From sequence record ON113170.1: a DNA stretch of 64,000 bases, one strand, 5' to 3'. The stretch comes from Enterococcus phage vB_OCPT_CCS1. Under the pieces are notes generated by a model, which saw only the letters and a list, made by a program, of their open reading frames with translations, did not search any database and had not been told where the DNA came from. The first letter of the stretch is position 1; each line of letters opens with the position of its first letter. A program made the position numbers and the translations under genes. This document shows positions 1-8,920 of the stretch, one piece after another.

Positions 1-2
1 AT

Positions 3-1259
3 ATCCGTGTGACTATTCCTGCTAACTTTGCCACAGGTCAAGGATTCTCAACGATTAAAACCGTTCAAGCCTCTTTAGGTGGTGCTACCAAGACAGCAAA
101 CTATGATGCTTCTGGATTTAATATTGATATTGGAGCACCAAATGAAGGAACAGCTTCTACATTAGTTGTTACTGTGTTAGATAGTCGTGGATTCAATACT
201 TCATGGACAAAAACAGTTCAAGTATATCCGTATACAAATCCGGATGTTGCTTACACGATTGCTCGTAGAAACAACTTTGAAGTAGACACGGAGTTAACAG
301 TTTCAAGTAGTTGGGCACCCGTTACTATTAGTGGGGTAAACAAAAACGCAATTACTGCTGTAACTTACGCAACAAAACGAGCAGGTACTGATACTTGGGG
401 TTCAGAAACACCCGTTACTTTTAGTACTGATGGTACAAAAGTTATTGTTCCTACCACTGTTGTTCAGATACCTAACGAATATAGTTGGAATTTCCGTCTA
501 ACTATTAAGGATAAATTTGGTAGTTTTTCTAGGGAAGCAAATATTCCTGCCGGAAAGCCTATCATGTTCATTGATGCGGTTCGTGAATCTGTAGGTTTTG
601 GTAATTTAACCGGTACAGGAGAAAGCCGTAATCTTAATGGTGTTATTGAGATTGAACCTGATAGATACCACAGCACAGGTAAAACTGGTATTCAGATGAA
701 TAATAGTGATATTTCTGGTCTGAATGGTCTATTCTTCTCTAATGACGTAATGGATAATGACGGGGAAGGTCTTCACTTTATTAAGTCAGGTAAAAATATT
801 AACTCCCCTAATCAAAGTCAAGATTACGATCGTATGTACATGAGAGATAACGGATTCTATGTTAACCATGATGGCACTCCAATATTTAAAGTTACTGATA
901 ATGGTCGTATGTACTATCCGGCTAACATGCTATGGTCAGGTGGTTGGTATATGTCAGCCAGTCAAGTTATAACACCATCTAAGCCTTTGTCTGAATGTAG
1001 AAATGGTTGGGTGCTTATGTGGGTTAAATACATGAATGGTGCTTCTTCATGGAACGACATGATTCAAACTTACATTGGAAAAGATATGGTAACTACTGCA
1101 TCTACTTCGGGCGTTCGATTGTTGTTCGGTGGATATGGTGACGTTGTTGCTCATAAATATCTCTATGTTACTGATACGCAAATAAAAGGTAATGACAACA
1201 ATTTTAAAGGTGAAAACTACGCTAACCGAGCGGTACTAGTAAGGGTACACGAATTTTAA
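3..1259 (+). CDS. virion structural protein (tail/baseplate region), 5' end truncated by window edge
   Basis: Frame open from nt 3 with no upstream stop in window (tool start at 9 is GTG). Sits at the head of the baseplate module. No catalytic motif recognised. Confidence 0.4.
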   Translation: MRVTIPANFATGQGFSTIKTVQASLGGATKTANYDASGFNIDIGAPNEGTASTLVVTVLDSRGFNTSWTKTVQVYPYTNPDVAYTIARRNNFEVDTELTVSSSWAPVTISGVNKNAITAVTYATKRAGTDTWGSETPVTFSTDGTKVIVPTTVVQIPNEYSWNFRLTIKDKFGSFSREANIPAGKPIMFIDAVRESVGFGNLTGTGESRNLNGVIEIEPDRYHSTGKTGIQMNNSDISGLNGLFFSNDVMDNDGEGLHFIKSGKNINSPNQSQDYDRMYMRDNGFYVNHDGTPIFKVTDNGRMYYPANMLWSGGWYMSASQVITPSKPLSECRNGWVLMWVKYMNGASSWNDMIQTYIGKDMVTTASTSGVRLLFGGYGDVVAHKYLYVTDTQIKGNDNNFKGENYANRAVLVRVHEF

Positions 1260-1273
1260 GAGGAGGTGCACAT

Positions 1274-2002
1274 GTGGTTATCTATGTTGAATTAGACGAA
1301 AACAACGTAGTTCTTGGGTGGAGTAGCAGTTACTCCGAAGGTTTAACGGAAGTAGAAATACCGGAAGACCACCCAATCATTGTTTTAAATGACTTCTTCG
1401 GAAACTACGTATTTAAAGATGGTAAACTAATAAAAGACCCCTCCAAAGAACTAGCTAACTTAAAAGAATACGTTAAAGATACTTTAGCGGATTCTTGCTA
1501 CCAAGAGACGTTAAAAGGTTTTGACTACCCATTTTCTGATAGTGAAACCTATCATGTCTCCTACTCTAAAAATAAACAACAATACTTCGAAGAGATTAAG
1601 TCGCTCTTCGAACGTAAAGTTGTTACGCATATTAACTGGGAGTTTATTAATGCTGATGGGGGAACTATCTTAAAAGAATTAGATGAAATAAGTTTCTTAA
1701 CGCTTTATACTTTTGCTAGTTTAGTAAAAACAGCTAAAATGAGCAAACTAAAAGAAAAGCTGTACCCATTAGTAGACAGTCAAACTGATAAGGACGAGCT
1801 ACTTAAAATTACGTGGGATTCTATTCCTGATGAACCGTTACCAGAAAAACCTGTAATTGATTTAGATGGAGACGGAGAAATCAGCCAAGAAGAGTTTGAT
1901 GCACTGGCTAAAGAAAACAAAGAGTTAAAACAAAAAGTAGAATTAAATGAGTTAGCTCTAATGGATGCAATCAATATGCTGTCAAGCATGATTACAGGTT
2001 AA
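1274..2002 (+). CDS. hypothetical protein of tail/baseplate module, acidic coiled-coil C-terminus
   Basis: ATG 8 nt after GAGGAGGTG. 242 aa, no recognisable motif. Confidence 0.5.
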   Translation: MVIYVELDENNVVLGWSSSYSEGLTEVEIPEDHPIIVLNDFFGNYVFKDGKLIKDPSKELANLKEYVKDTLADSCYQETLKGFDYPFSDSETYHVSYSKNKQQYFEEIKSLFERKVVTHINWEFINADGGTILKELDEISFLTLYTFASLVKTAKMSKLKEKLYPLVDSQTDKDELLKITWDSIPDEPLPEKPVIDLDGDGEISQEEFDALAKENKELKQKVELNELALMDAINMLSSMITG

Positions 2003-2022
2003 CTTTAAAGGAGGTGATAACT

Positions 2023-2169
2023 GTGTATCCACATCTATCAATGCTATATGCAACGTATGTCATGAAAGACCCAACGGTATGGACAATGGACAAAGTTCCT
2101 GCTATGATTCGAGACGATGTACAAAGAATTGTAGACGAAATGGCAAAAAAAGAACAAACACCCGAGTAG
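2023..2169 (+). CDS. small 48-aa protein, XkdX-like; absent from ORF track
   Basis: GTG start 6 nt after AAAGGAGGTGA, directly behind the preceding gene. Size, Trp-containing composition and position in the fibre region recall XkdX-family small phage proteins. Confidence 0.3.
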   Translation: MYPHLSMLYATYVMKDPTVWTMDKVPAMIRDDVQRIVDEMAKKEQTPE

Positions 2170-2287
2170 TCTTTCTAACACTGGGGATTTCCATTGGCTT
2201 AGTCGCAGGACTAGCTATTGGGTTCTTCCTATAATGCTCGGGGAGAGGAAGAGGGTGGCTTAGGCTGTCCTCTTTTTTCTTAGTTAA

Positions 2288-3025
2288 TTGTACTATATTA
2301 ATGGACGAAAGGACGTGATAAGTGTGGGACAATCAGATGGAATGGGTGGAACATTAAAAAGAATTGCTATTCAAGTTGGGGACGACCCAAACACAGGTTG
2401 GTATAGATTTCAAGTTAACCCAACTCAATATAAATACAGCAAACCACACCGTGTAACAATCTTTAAAACAAAGTCTAACATTATCACTGAGGACTTTGGT
2501 AAAGATATTGAAACCATTCAATTCTCTGGTACAACTGGATTTAGAAAAGACTCTAGAGGAATGAACGGTGCTGATAGATTAAGAGAACTATCAGATATGA
2601 TAGACGACTACGCAAATAAAGGTGGGAATGGGAACCGTCCAAAAGTAGAAATGAAGTTCTATAATTTTACTGATGACCAGTACTTTGTGGTTCATTTAGC
2701 CCCAGAGGGTCTCATAATAGAACGTTCTGCGGAACAGCCATTACTATTTACTTATACATTAAGCTTAGTTGTATTAAGAAAAGCAGGGGAACCTGCTGAA
2801 CGTGACCAAGTTAACCCAGAAATCGGAAATAAAAATCCTAGTGTAGGAGACAAAGACAAAGACACAAGAAGTGGTATAATTAGAACACCTGCACAGTTAC
2901 TACATGAACAGTATAAAAATTCTGTGTTGCCAAATATAGCAGTAAACCCTAGTGGTACATCTGGTGCCTATAACTACGGTTTAGTTGAGCTAAAAAGATT
3001 AATTGGTTACGGAGGTGGTCAATAA
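2288..3025 (+). CDS. baseplate/tail structural protein
   Basis: 245-aa ORF. An alternative GTG at 2333 has a better RBS (AAAGGA). Stop overlaps next start (ATAATGG). Confidence 0.45.
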   Translation: MYYINGRKDVISVGQSDGMGGTLKRIAIQVGDDPNTGWYRFQVNPTQYKYSKPHRVTIFKTKSNIITEDFGKDIETIQFSGTTGFRKDSRGMNGADRLRELSDMIDDYANKGGNGNRPKVEMKFYNFTDDQYFVVHLAPEGLIIERSAEQPLLFTYTLSLVVLRKAGEPAERDQVNPEIGNKNPSVGDKDKDTRSGIIRTPAQLLHEQYKNSVLPNIAVNPSGTSGAYNYGLVELKRLIGYGGGQ

Positions 3026-3561
3026 TGGCAACTGTATATCAATCTGCGGACTTGCTAAGATTCTTTCGTTACTTAAACGTAAACGTGCAAGGAGATGTCG
3101 TTAGTAATGTCATAGACGACCAACCTAACTTTATTTCTAGATTTTACACACCGCACACAAGAGTGAATAAAATATCTAGTACCTTATTAGATATTGTGAA
3201 AGACAATAACATTAGTGAAACAAATAAAGAGTTATCCAAGGATTCACTAACCTATAAGTTCTTGAAGAGTGGACTACGATTAACAGCTCCTGACATTTAC
3301 CAGTTAGCTCAAATCGTAGTACTTGAATCTTTTGCTTTAATTTATGCAATTGAAGAAAAACCTGAAATGTTCAAAATGATTAATGAATCAGATGTGAAAC
3401 AAACACGTGAAAACGTGAAGTATCTTGTGGACTACTTAGGGGAGAAAAAAGATTATACTGATATTGTAATGGATTTACACTCTATGGATATTGCCCTTGG
3501 TTATATTCAAGAACAGATTCCATTAATTCAAGGAGGGTTACCAGTAAATGGCACGATATAA
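3025..3561 (+). CDS. baseplate-associated protein
   Basis: Translationally coupled to both neighbours by overlapping stop/start. Confidence 0.45.
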   Translation: MATVYQSADLLRFFRYLNVNVQGDVVSNVIDDQPNFISRFYTPHTRVNKISSTLLDIVKDNNISETNKELSKDSLTYKFLKSGLRLTAPDIYQLAQIVVLESFALIYAIEEKPEMFKMINESDVKQTRENVKYLVDYLGEKKDYTDIVMDLHSMDIALGYIQEQIPLIQGGLPVNGTI

Positions 3562-4252
3562 GAAACATACAATCGTTTATGGAGAAACCATGCAATCCAT
3601 TGCTCAAATGGAGACAGGTTCTGTAAATGACTGGATAAAGATTGCTGAGTATAACTCCTTGGTTTATCCATACATAGTAGACACTATGCAGGAGAAGATG
3701 GCTAATATTGAACACCTAGCAACACCGGGAGACACCTTAGTGATTCCTGTAGAAGCTAATCTGTTAGACATGGATATTAACCACTTAAACCAACGAGACA
3801 TGGACTTCTTGCTTAGCCTCTCTTTAGGTAGAGATTTAGACATGACAAGTGAGACAGAGTACTACGAAAATCATGGTACAAGTGATGAGGTGTTCTCATT
3901 GACCCATAACGGGCACGGAGACCTTAAGACAGCCAGCGGAGCAGACAATATAAGGCAAGCTACTATCTCTCGTCTAATGACCGCTAAGGGGTCTTTAATG
4001 CTACACCCCGAATACGGAAGTAATTTACATTTGCTTTTCGGTAAAACCACTATTGAGCAGATGAAACTAATCAGCTTAGAAGTGTGCGAAACGGTACTAA
4101 AAGATACTCGAGTAGCTGAGTGTGTATTAGTCAGTCACTACATCGAAGAAGACCATTATGTAGGGAACTACAGAGCAACCATACAATCTACAAAAGACCA
4201 GTTTGAATTTGTAGTACAAAATGATAGTGTGGGCGCAATTGTGATAGAGTAG
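3548..4252 (+). CDS. baseplate wedge protein (gp25/GpW-like) with N-terminal LysM-like domain
   Basis: N-terminal YKKHTIVYGETMQSIA...PGDTLVIP fits the LysM pattern. The C-terminal half sits where a gpW/gp25-like protein precedes a J-like gene. Confidence 0.5.
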   Translation: MARYKKHTIVYGETMQSIAQMETGSVNDWIKIAEYNSLVYPYIVDTMQEKMANIEHLATPGDTLVIPVEANLLDMDINHLNQRDMDFLLSLSLGRDLDMTSETEYYENHGTSDEVFSLTHNGHGDLKTASGADNIRQATISRLMTAKGSLMLHPEYGSNLHLLFGKTTIEQMKLISLEVCETVLKDTRVAECVLVSHYIEEDHYVGNYRATIQSTKDQFEFVVQNDSVGAIVIE

Positions 4253-4266
4253 AAAGGAGTATCCCT

Positions 4267-5319
4267 GTGAGACTAAAGAAAATTTCAGAAATTTTAGGTA
4301 GACTAATTGACGTAACCATGATTAACACTCATGAGTTAAACGACTTCTCTGTAGGGTCTACGATTCGTTCCATTTATGAAGCTGTATCAATGGAACTTGA
4401 ACAATACTACATTTTAGGAAGAGAAAATATTTTATGGGGGATTGAGCAGGGGGTACTAAATGCTTTCGACTTTAGAAAACGTGAAGCCAAACGAGCTTAC
4501 GGTATGGTGACTCTAGAGTTCCATACTGTAACACAAACCCCTGTTTATGTCCCTACAGGTACAACTTTTGACTCTAGCTTGTCTGGTGCACCTAGTAACT
4601 TGACATTCCAAACAATGCGAGACTATGTGATTCCTGCCGGAGTTGTTACAGCAAAAGTAGAAGTTTACTGTACGACAGTAGGTTCGAAAGGGAACATTGC
4701 TAAAGGTAGAATCAATCGTGTTATTAACAACATCTCTAACCTGAAAAAAGTGTATAATGAATATGACATACTTACTGGTACAGATGAAGAAAGTATTGAA
4801 TCTGTGAAGAAAAGGTTCCATGCTTTTGTTGAGTCCCGTGGTAGAGCTACGATTAAAGCTTTAGATTACGGTACACGACAAGTAGAAGAGGTATCCGGTG
4901 TGTATATCAAAGAGGAAGTTGGTTATGTACGTATTTACGCTCATGACTTGAACGGGGACTTAAAAGGTGAAACACTAGCTAAAATCAAAACAGCTATTGA
5001 AGACTATCGACCTGCGGGAATTAAACTAGATGTGTTCCCTGTAGTCAAACTTACAGTACCAATTGATGTAACAATCACAATTAATAATAAAAACAGAATT
5101 AACACTGCACTAGAAGAAAGAATTGAACTAACTATCAGAAACTATCTAAACAGTCGTACAGTATCTCAAACATTAGTGAAAGCTGACTTGTTACAGGCTA
5201 TCATGAATATTGATGATAACTTAATATATGACTGCGTAATTAATAACTTGGATGGTAACTTAGATATTAGAGACGAGGAAATCATTCGTGCAGGAGATGT
5301 AACAATAGAATTAATCTAG
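4267..5319 (+). CDS. baseplate J-like protein (gp6 family)
   Basis: 350 aa, follows the gp25-like gene as in myovirus baseplate cassettes. GTG start after AGGAGTA. Confidence 0.5.
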   Translation: MRLKKISEILGRLIDVTMINTHELNDFSVGSTIRSIYEAVSMELEQYYILGRENILWGIEQGVLNAFDFRKREAKRAYGMVTLEFHTVTQTPVYVPTGTTFDSSLSGAPSNLTFQTMRDYVIPAGVVTAKVEVYCTTVGSKGNIAKGRINRVINNISNLKKVYNEYDILTGTDEESIESVKKRFHAFVESRGRATIKALDYGTRQVEEVSGVYIKEEVGYVRIYAHDLNGDLKGETLAKIKTAIEDYRPAGIKLDVFPVVKLTVPIDVTITINNKNRINTALEERIELTIRNYLNSRTVSQTLVKADLLQAIMNIDDNLIYDCVINNLDGNLDIRDEEIIRAGDVTIELI

Positions 5320-5330
5320 GAGGTAAAATT

Positions 5331-8300
5331 GTGAGTAATTTTTTCAGAAACATACACCCACTCTTGCGAAGAAATAAACGTCCGGAGAAGTACGATGACA
5401 CGAATTTCGCTGTGTTAAATGCGTTGAATTATGAATTAACACAGGCAGAGCAAGAAACCATTGCTAGTAAAATACAATCCTCCTTAGAGTCTGCTACAGA
5501 TACGTACCTAGACACTTGGGGAGATTGGTTCGGGGTGTACCGTAAGGACGGTTGGGACGATGAGTACTATCGTGCACGTATCATACGGGAACTACTTCTT
5601 AAGCGTGGTACAATTCCTGCTATCATTGATGCACTAGTAGATTTTCTTAATGATAATGATGCAGTTGTTCAAATCTACGAACCATGGAGAAACATCTTCT
5701 ATACAAATAAATCTAAATTAAACGGTGATGACCACTTAATGGGTTATTACTACCGTTTTGCAATTATTGACATTTCAATTGACAGACCGTTTCCTCCTGA
5801 AATCGTAGAAATTATCAAGGCTTTCAAACCTGCGGGTGTTTTATTCTATCTAAGACTAGATACAAGCTTAGACAAGAATAAAACAACTGTAGAAAGTCCT
5901 TATGTATACTTAGACGTAACAAATAAAACAGAATTAGAGTTCCTTAACGGTTTGTATTATGACCTACGAGGTAACATTAACCTGTCTGACCAACGAACAC
6001 AAGTTGTGGGGAACAACATCTTCCACACAAATAACTCTAAGCTAAACGGAGAAGACGTGCTTGCAGGGGCGTTTAACCATGGACGAGGCTATATTCACTT
6101 AGCAAGTACCACATTGCTTGATTACACACCAAAAGCTACTGATTCTATGAGTAACTTAAAAACAACTCTAGGTGAAGCAGGCTCTGACATGTACAATCAA
6201 ACAAAAGAAAAAGACGGAAGAACAGCTTCTATTCAAGTACCTGCAACAAAAAATGTACACACCCTATACTCCAACAGTTTAGACTTTGGTGACTATGATT
6301 ATTCAACCGCACCAAACCTTTTGCCTACATTAGATTATTCTAAATTGAGTAAAAACGGCTCAGCTTTACAAACACCTTTACCATATATTAAAGACTATGG
6401 TGACTACTTTGTACTTGACTCTAATGACGCATCAGCGGTTGGAACGTCTAGAAACTGTTTTGTACCGTTTCTAACACGTTTAACTAAAGGTAAAACGTAT
6501 ACACTAAGCGTTAGTATGATGGTTGATGATGAGTTTGCGAACAATCAAGGTTATTATAATTCACCATTAAATTATACAATATCCACAACAAACCCAGCTA
6601 AATCAGATATAATAGCTAGTATATATTCGAGTGCTGATATGCGTAACCAATGGAAACGAGTGTCTAAAGTATTTACTGTACCAGCAAACCAAACAGACGG
6701 TGACTATGTATATTTACAACTATATCAAACCGCAGGTGTCAAAGGTAAATTATACATTCGTTATGATATGATGATTCAAGAAGGAGACCAAACCAGTTCT
6801 CAAGCACCAGCTAACCAAATGCCAAAAGTCGCAACTGATGATTATATGTTTTCACACCAGAATGTTACTAAGACTGAGGAAGATGGTAATATAACTAGTT
6901 TTAATAATTTACCAACTAGCGAACCTATTCGCAATATATACGTTAGGAACACAGAGGGTACTAAAAAACTAATTCCTTTGTTATCAGATAAAAAACAATA
7001 TACCATGAGCGTTGAAATGTGGTCTGAAAAAGAAGTAACACCAGTAATAAGATACCGTGTTAATGATAGTAATAACACACCCAAGTTCCCTTTAGAAATA
7101 GCTAATAAAAAAATACCAGCTAAACAATGGACTGAGGTGTCTGTTACGAACACGCTTGACTTACCAAGTAATCTCAATATGATTAAACCTGAGTCACAAA
7201 AACCAGTTACTAATAGTAACTATCTTATTAAAATCTATAACATTGAACCAATGGTAAAAGGCAAGAAGTATACCATCACATTGAAAGGTACAAAGCCAGA
7301 TACACAATCGTTTAGACCCTTCTTTACACGTGAAACTGGTACTCCGTGGGGTTTTGGTGATATGAAACTAGTTTCTGGTACTACAGACATTTATAGCGGA
7401 ACATTCACCGCTGCTGCAGATGCTCACCCAACTAGTCCGCAAGTTCAAATATATCAAGTACCAAATACTACAGTAGATGAGTGTACGATAGAATGGTTAA
7501 AACTAGAAGAAGGTGAAACTTATACACCTGACTACCCTCAACACTGGTTGCACATTGCTATTCCACAAGCATATGAAGGTACTATTAAAATCAAAAATGA
7601 TAGTATCAAAATCCAAGAGGGAGCAACAACAACAAAACCGGCTTGGAAACCTAATTTACTAGACGCTCCATATTATTTGAGTAAGGTGCCTTTGGGTGAG
7701 AATATTGCTAATAAAGATATTCAGTTTCCAATCAAAACCAGTGAATATCTTTCATATATCGCTAGAATGATAGAACCTTTTGTTGTAGGAGAAACTTATA
7801 CAATTACCATAAAAGCAACAAAACCAACCAGTCAAACGTTTATGGTTTATAACAGCGGTGTAGGGACTACTTATTACGGAAACCTAAAACCAGTTGAGGG
7901 ATTGACAGATGTATGGTCACTAACATTCACACCAACGAATGTTTCGTCAGTTAATCCTAGCGATTTACGTATATTTCAGTATCCATCATCAACAGTAGGC
8001 GCTGTTCAAATTGATTGGTTAAAAATCGAAAAAGGAGATACAAGAACTCCTAACATTGATTCCTACGACTATGTAGGCTCTCTGATAGAAGATACGGAAA
8101 CACCTACATTAGACCCGACTAAGTATACATGGACGGTAAATGGGGATGTAACAAATAAAAAGGCATATATGATATTTGACATTAAAACATTTATCGAAGA
8201 AAATTATGCTACAGAATTTGAAAAACTTGTTGCTGACCTAGGTGAAGACCAAGCGTTGAACGCTGTATTTGAAAATTTCAACATCTCTACAGCGCTTAAA

Positions 8301-8906
8301 GCTTTAGTGAGCCCAAGTTCACCAATTAATTTCTCAGTTGAGCTATACGACTTTTCTACAAGTGCATGGCACAAACTAAACACGGATAGTTTAGACCTAC
8401 GTATGCGTACGTTTAACTTAGTAGCGAATCGTATTACAGACTATTTAAACGACTACAAGCTGTTATTTGTTCGTTACGTTTTTGATAACGAAACAGATAA
8501 AGATGTGACAGTTGAACTAGACATGCTAAACGTACTATGCAATTATCGTTTAGGTGACGGGTACAGCGTTGGTTTACAGAGCAAAGTAGAAACATTAACA
8601 GATATACCGGCAAGTAATGTAAGTTTGTCAAAAGAATCATTAGTACTAGGGATAGGCGAATCAGAGGCAGTAACTGCAACTCTTTTACCTGCTAATACAA
8701 CTAATACTAATTTAGAATGGTTAATTCTAGACCCTAACATTGCTAAGGTATCCAGTTCGGGTAATATTACGGGGTTGTCCGAAGGGAAAACAAAACTTGT
8801 AGTTTACGGGGATGACCGAAACGTAAGTGCTGAGTGTGATGTAAAAGTCGTAATTAGACCTACAGCAATTGCACTAGACAAGGAAACAATAAATATCAAT
8901 ATCTAG
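5331..8906 (+). CDS. large baseplate/tail fibre protein with four ~100-aa carbohydrate-binding-like repeats and a C-terminal Ig-like (Big_2) domain
   Basis: 1191 aa. Internal repeats begin YTLSVSMMVDD, YTMSVEMWSEK, YTITLKGTKPD and YTITIKATKPT; the last two end in WLK[LI]E.G.T.TP. A second duplicated motif is IFYTNKSKLNGDD / IFHTNNSKLNGED. The C-terminal LVLGIGESEAVTATLLPANTTNTNLEW...GKTKLVV is Big_2-like. Confidence 0.55.
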   Translation: MSNFFRNIHPLLRRNKRPEKYDDTNFAVLNALNYELTQAEQETIASKIQSSLESATDTYLDTWGDWFGVYRKDGWDDEYYRARIIRELLLKRGTIPAIIDALVDFLNDNDAVVQIYEPWRNIFYTNKSKLNGDDHLMGYYYRFAIIDISIDRPFPPEIVEIIKAFKPAGVLFYLRLDTSLDKNKTTVESPYVYLDVTNKTELEFLNGLYYDLRGNINLSDQRTQVVGNNIFHTNNSKLNGEDVLAGAFNHGRGYIHLASTTLLDYTPKATDSMSNLKTTLGEAGSDMYNQTKEKDGRTASIQVPATKNVHTLYSNSLDFGDYDYSTAPNLLPTLDYSKLSKNGSALQTPLPYIKDYGDYFVLDSNDASAVGTSRNCFVPFLTRLTKGKTYTLSVSMMVDDEFANNQGYYNSPLNYTISTTNPAKSDIIASIYSSADMRNQWKRVSKVFTVPANQTDGDYVYLQLYQTAGVKGKLYIRYDMMIQEGDQTSSQAPANQMPKVATDDYMFSHQNVTKTEEDGNITSFNNLPTSEPIRNIYVRNTEGTKKLIPLLSDKKQYTMSVEMWSEKEVTPVIRYRVNDSNNTPKFPLEIANKKIPAKQWTEVSVTNTLDLPSNLNMIKPESQKPVTNSNYLIKIYNIEPMVKGKKYTITLKGTKPDTQSFRPFFTRETGTPWGFGDMKLVSGTTDIYSGTFTAAADAHPTSPQVQIYQVPNTTVDECTIEWLKLEEGETYTPDYPQHWLHIAIPQAYEGTIKIKNDSIKIQEGATTTKPAWKPNLLDAPYYLSKVPLGENIANKDIQFPIKTSEYLSYIARMIEPFVVGETYTITIKATKPTSQTFMVYNSGVGTTYYGNLKPVEGLTDVWSLTFTPTNVSSVNPSDLRIFQYPSSTVGAVQIDWLKIEKGDTRTPNIDSYDYVGSLIEDTETPTLDPTKYTWTVNGDVTNKKAYMIFDIKTFIEENYATEFEKLVADLGEDQALNAVFENFNISTALKALVSPSSPINFSVELYDFSTSAWHKLNTDSLDLRMRTFNLVANRITDYLNDYKLLFVRYVFDNETDKDVTVELDMLNVLCNYRLGDGYSVGLQSKVETLTDIPASNVSLSKESLVLGIGESEAVTATLLPANTTNTNLEWLILDPNIAKVSSSGNITGLSEGKTKLVVYGDDRNVSAECDVKVVIRPTAIALDKETININI

Positions 8907-8920
8907 ATAAGGAGTTACTC

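Noticed and set aside
464-676. Minus-strand ORFs throughout the window (e.g. 464-676, 1780-1989, 4513-4821, 19416-19961, 25291-25845, 39089-39421, 42176-42619)
   Set aside because: All lie entirely within long, motif-supported plus-strand genes, lack RBSs and are often low-complexity mirror translations. The whole region is transcribed in one direction with plus-strand terminators, so they are treated as shadow ORFs.
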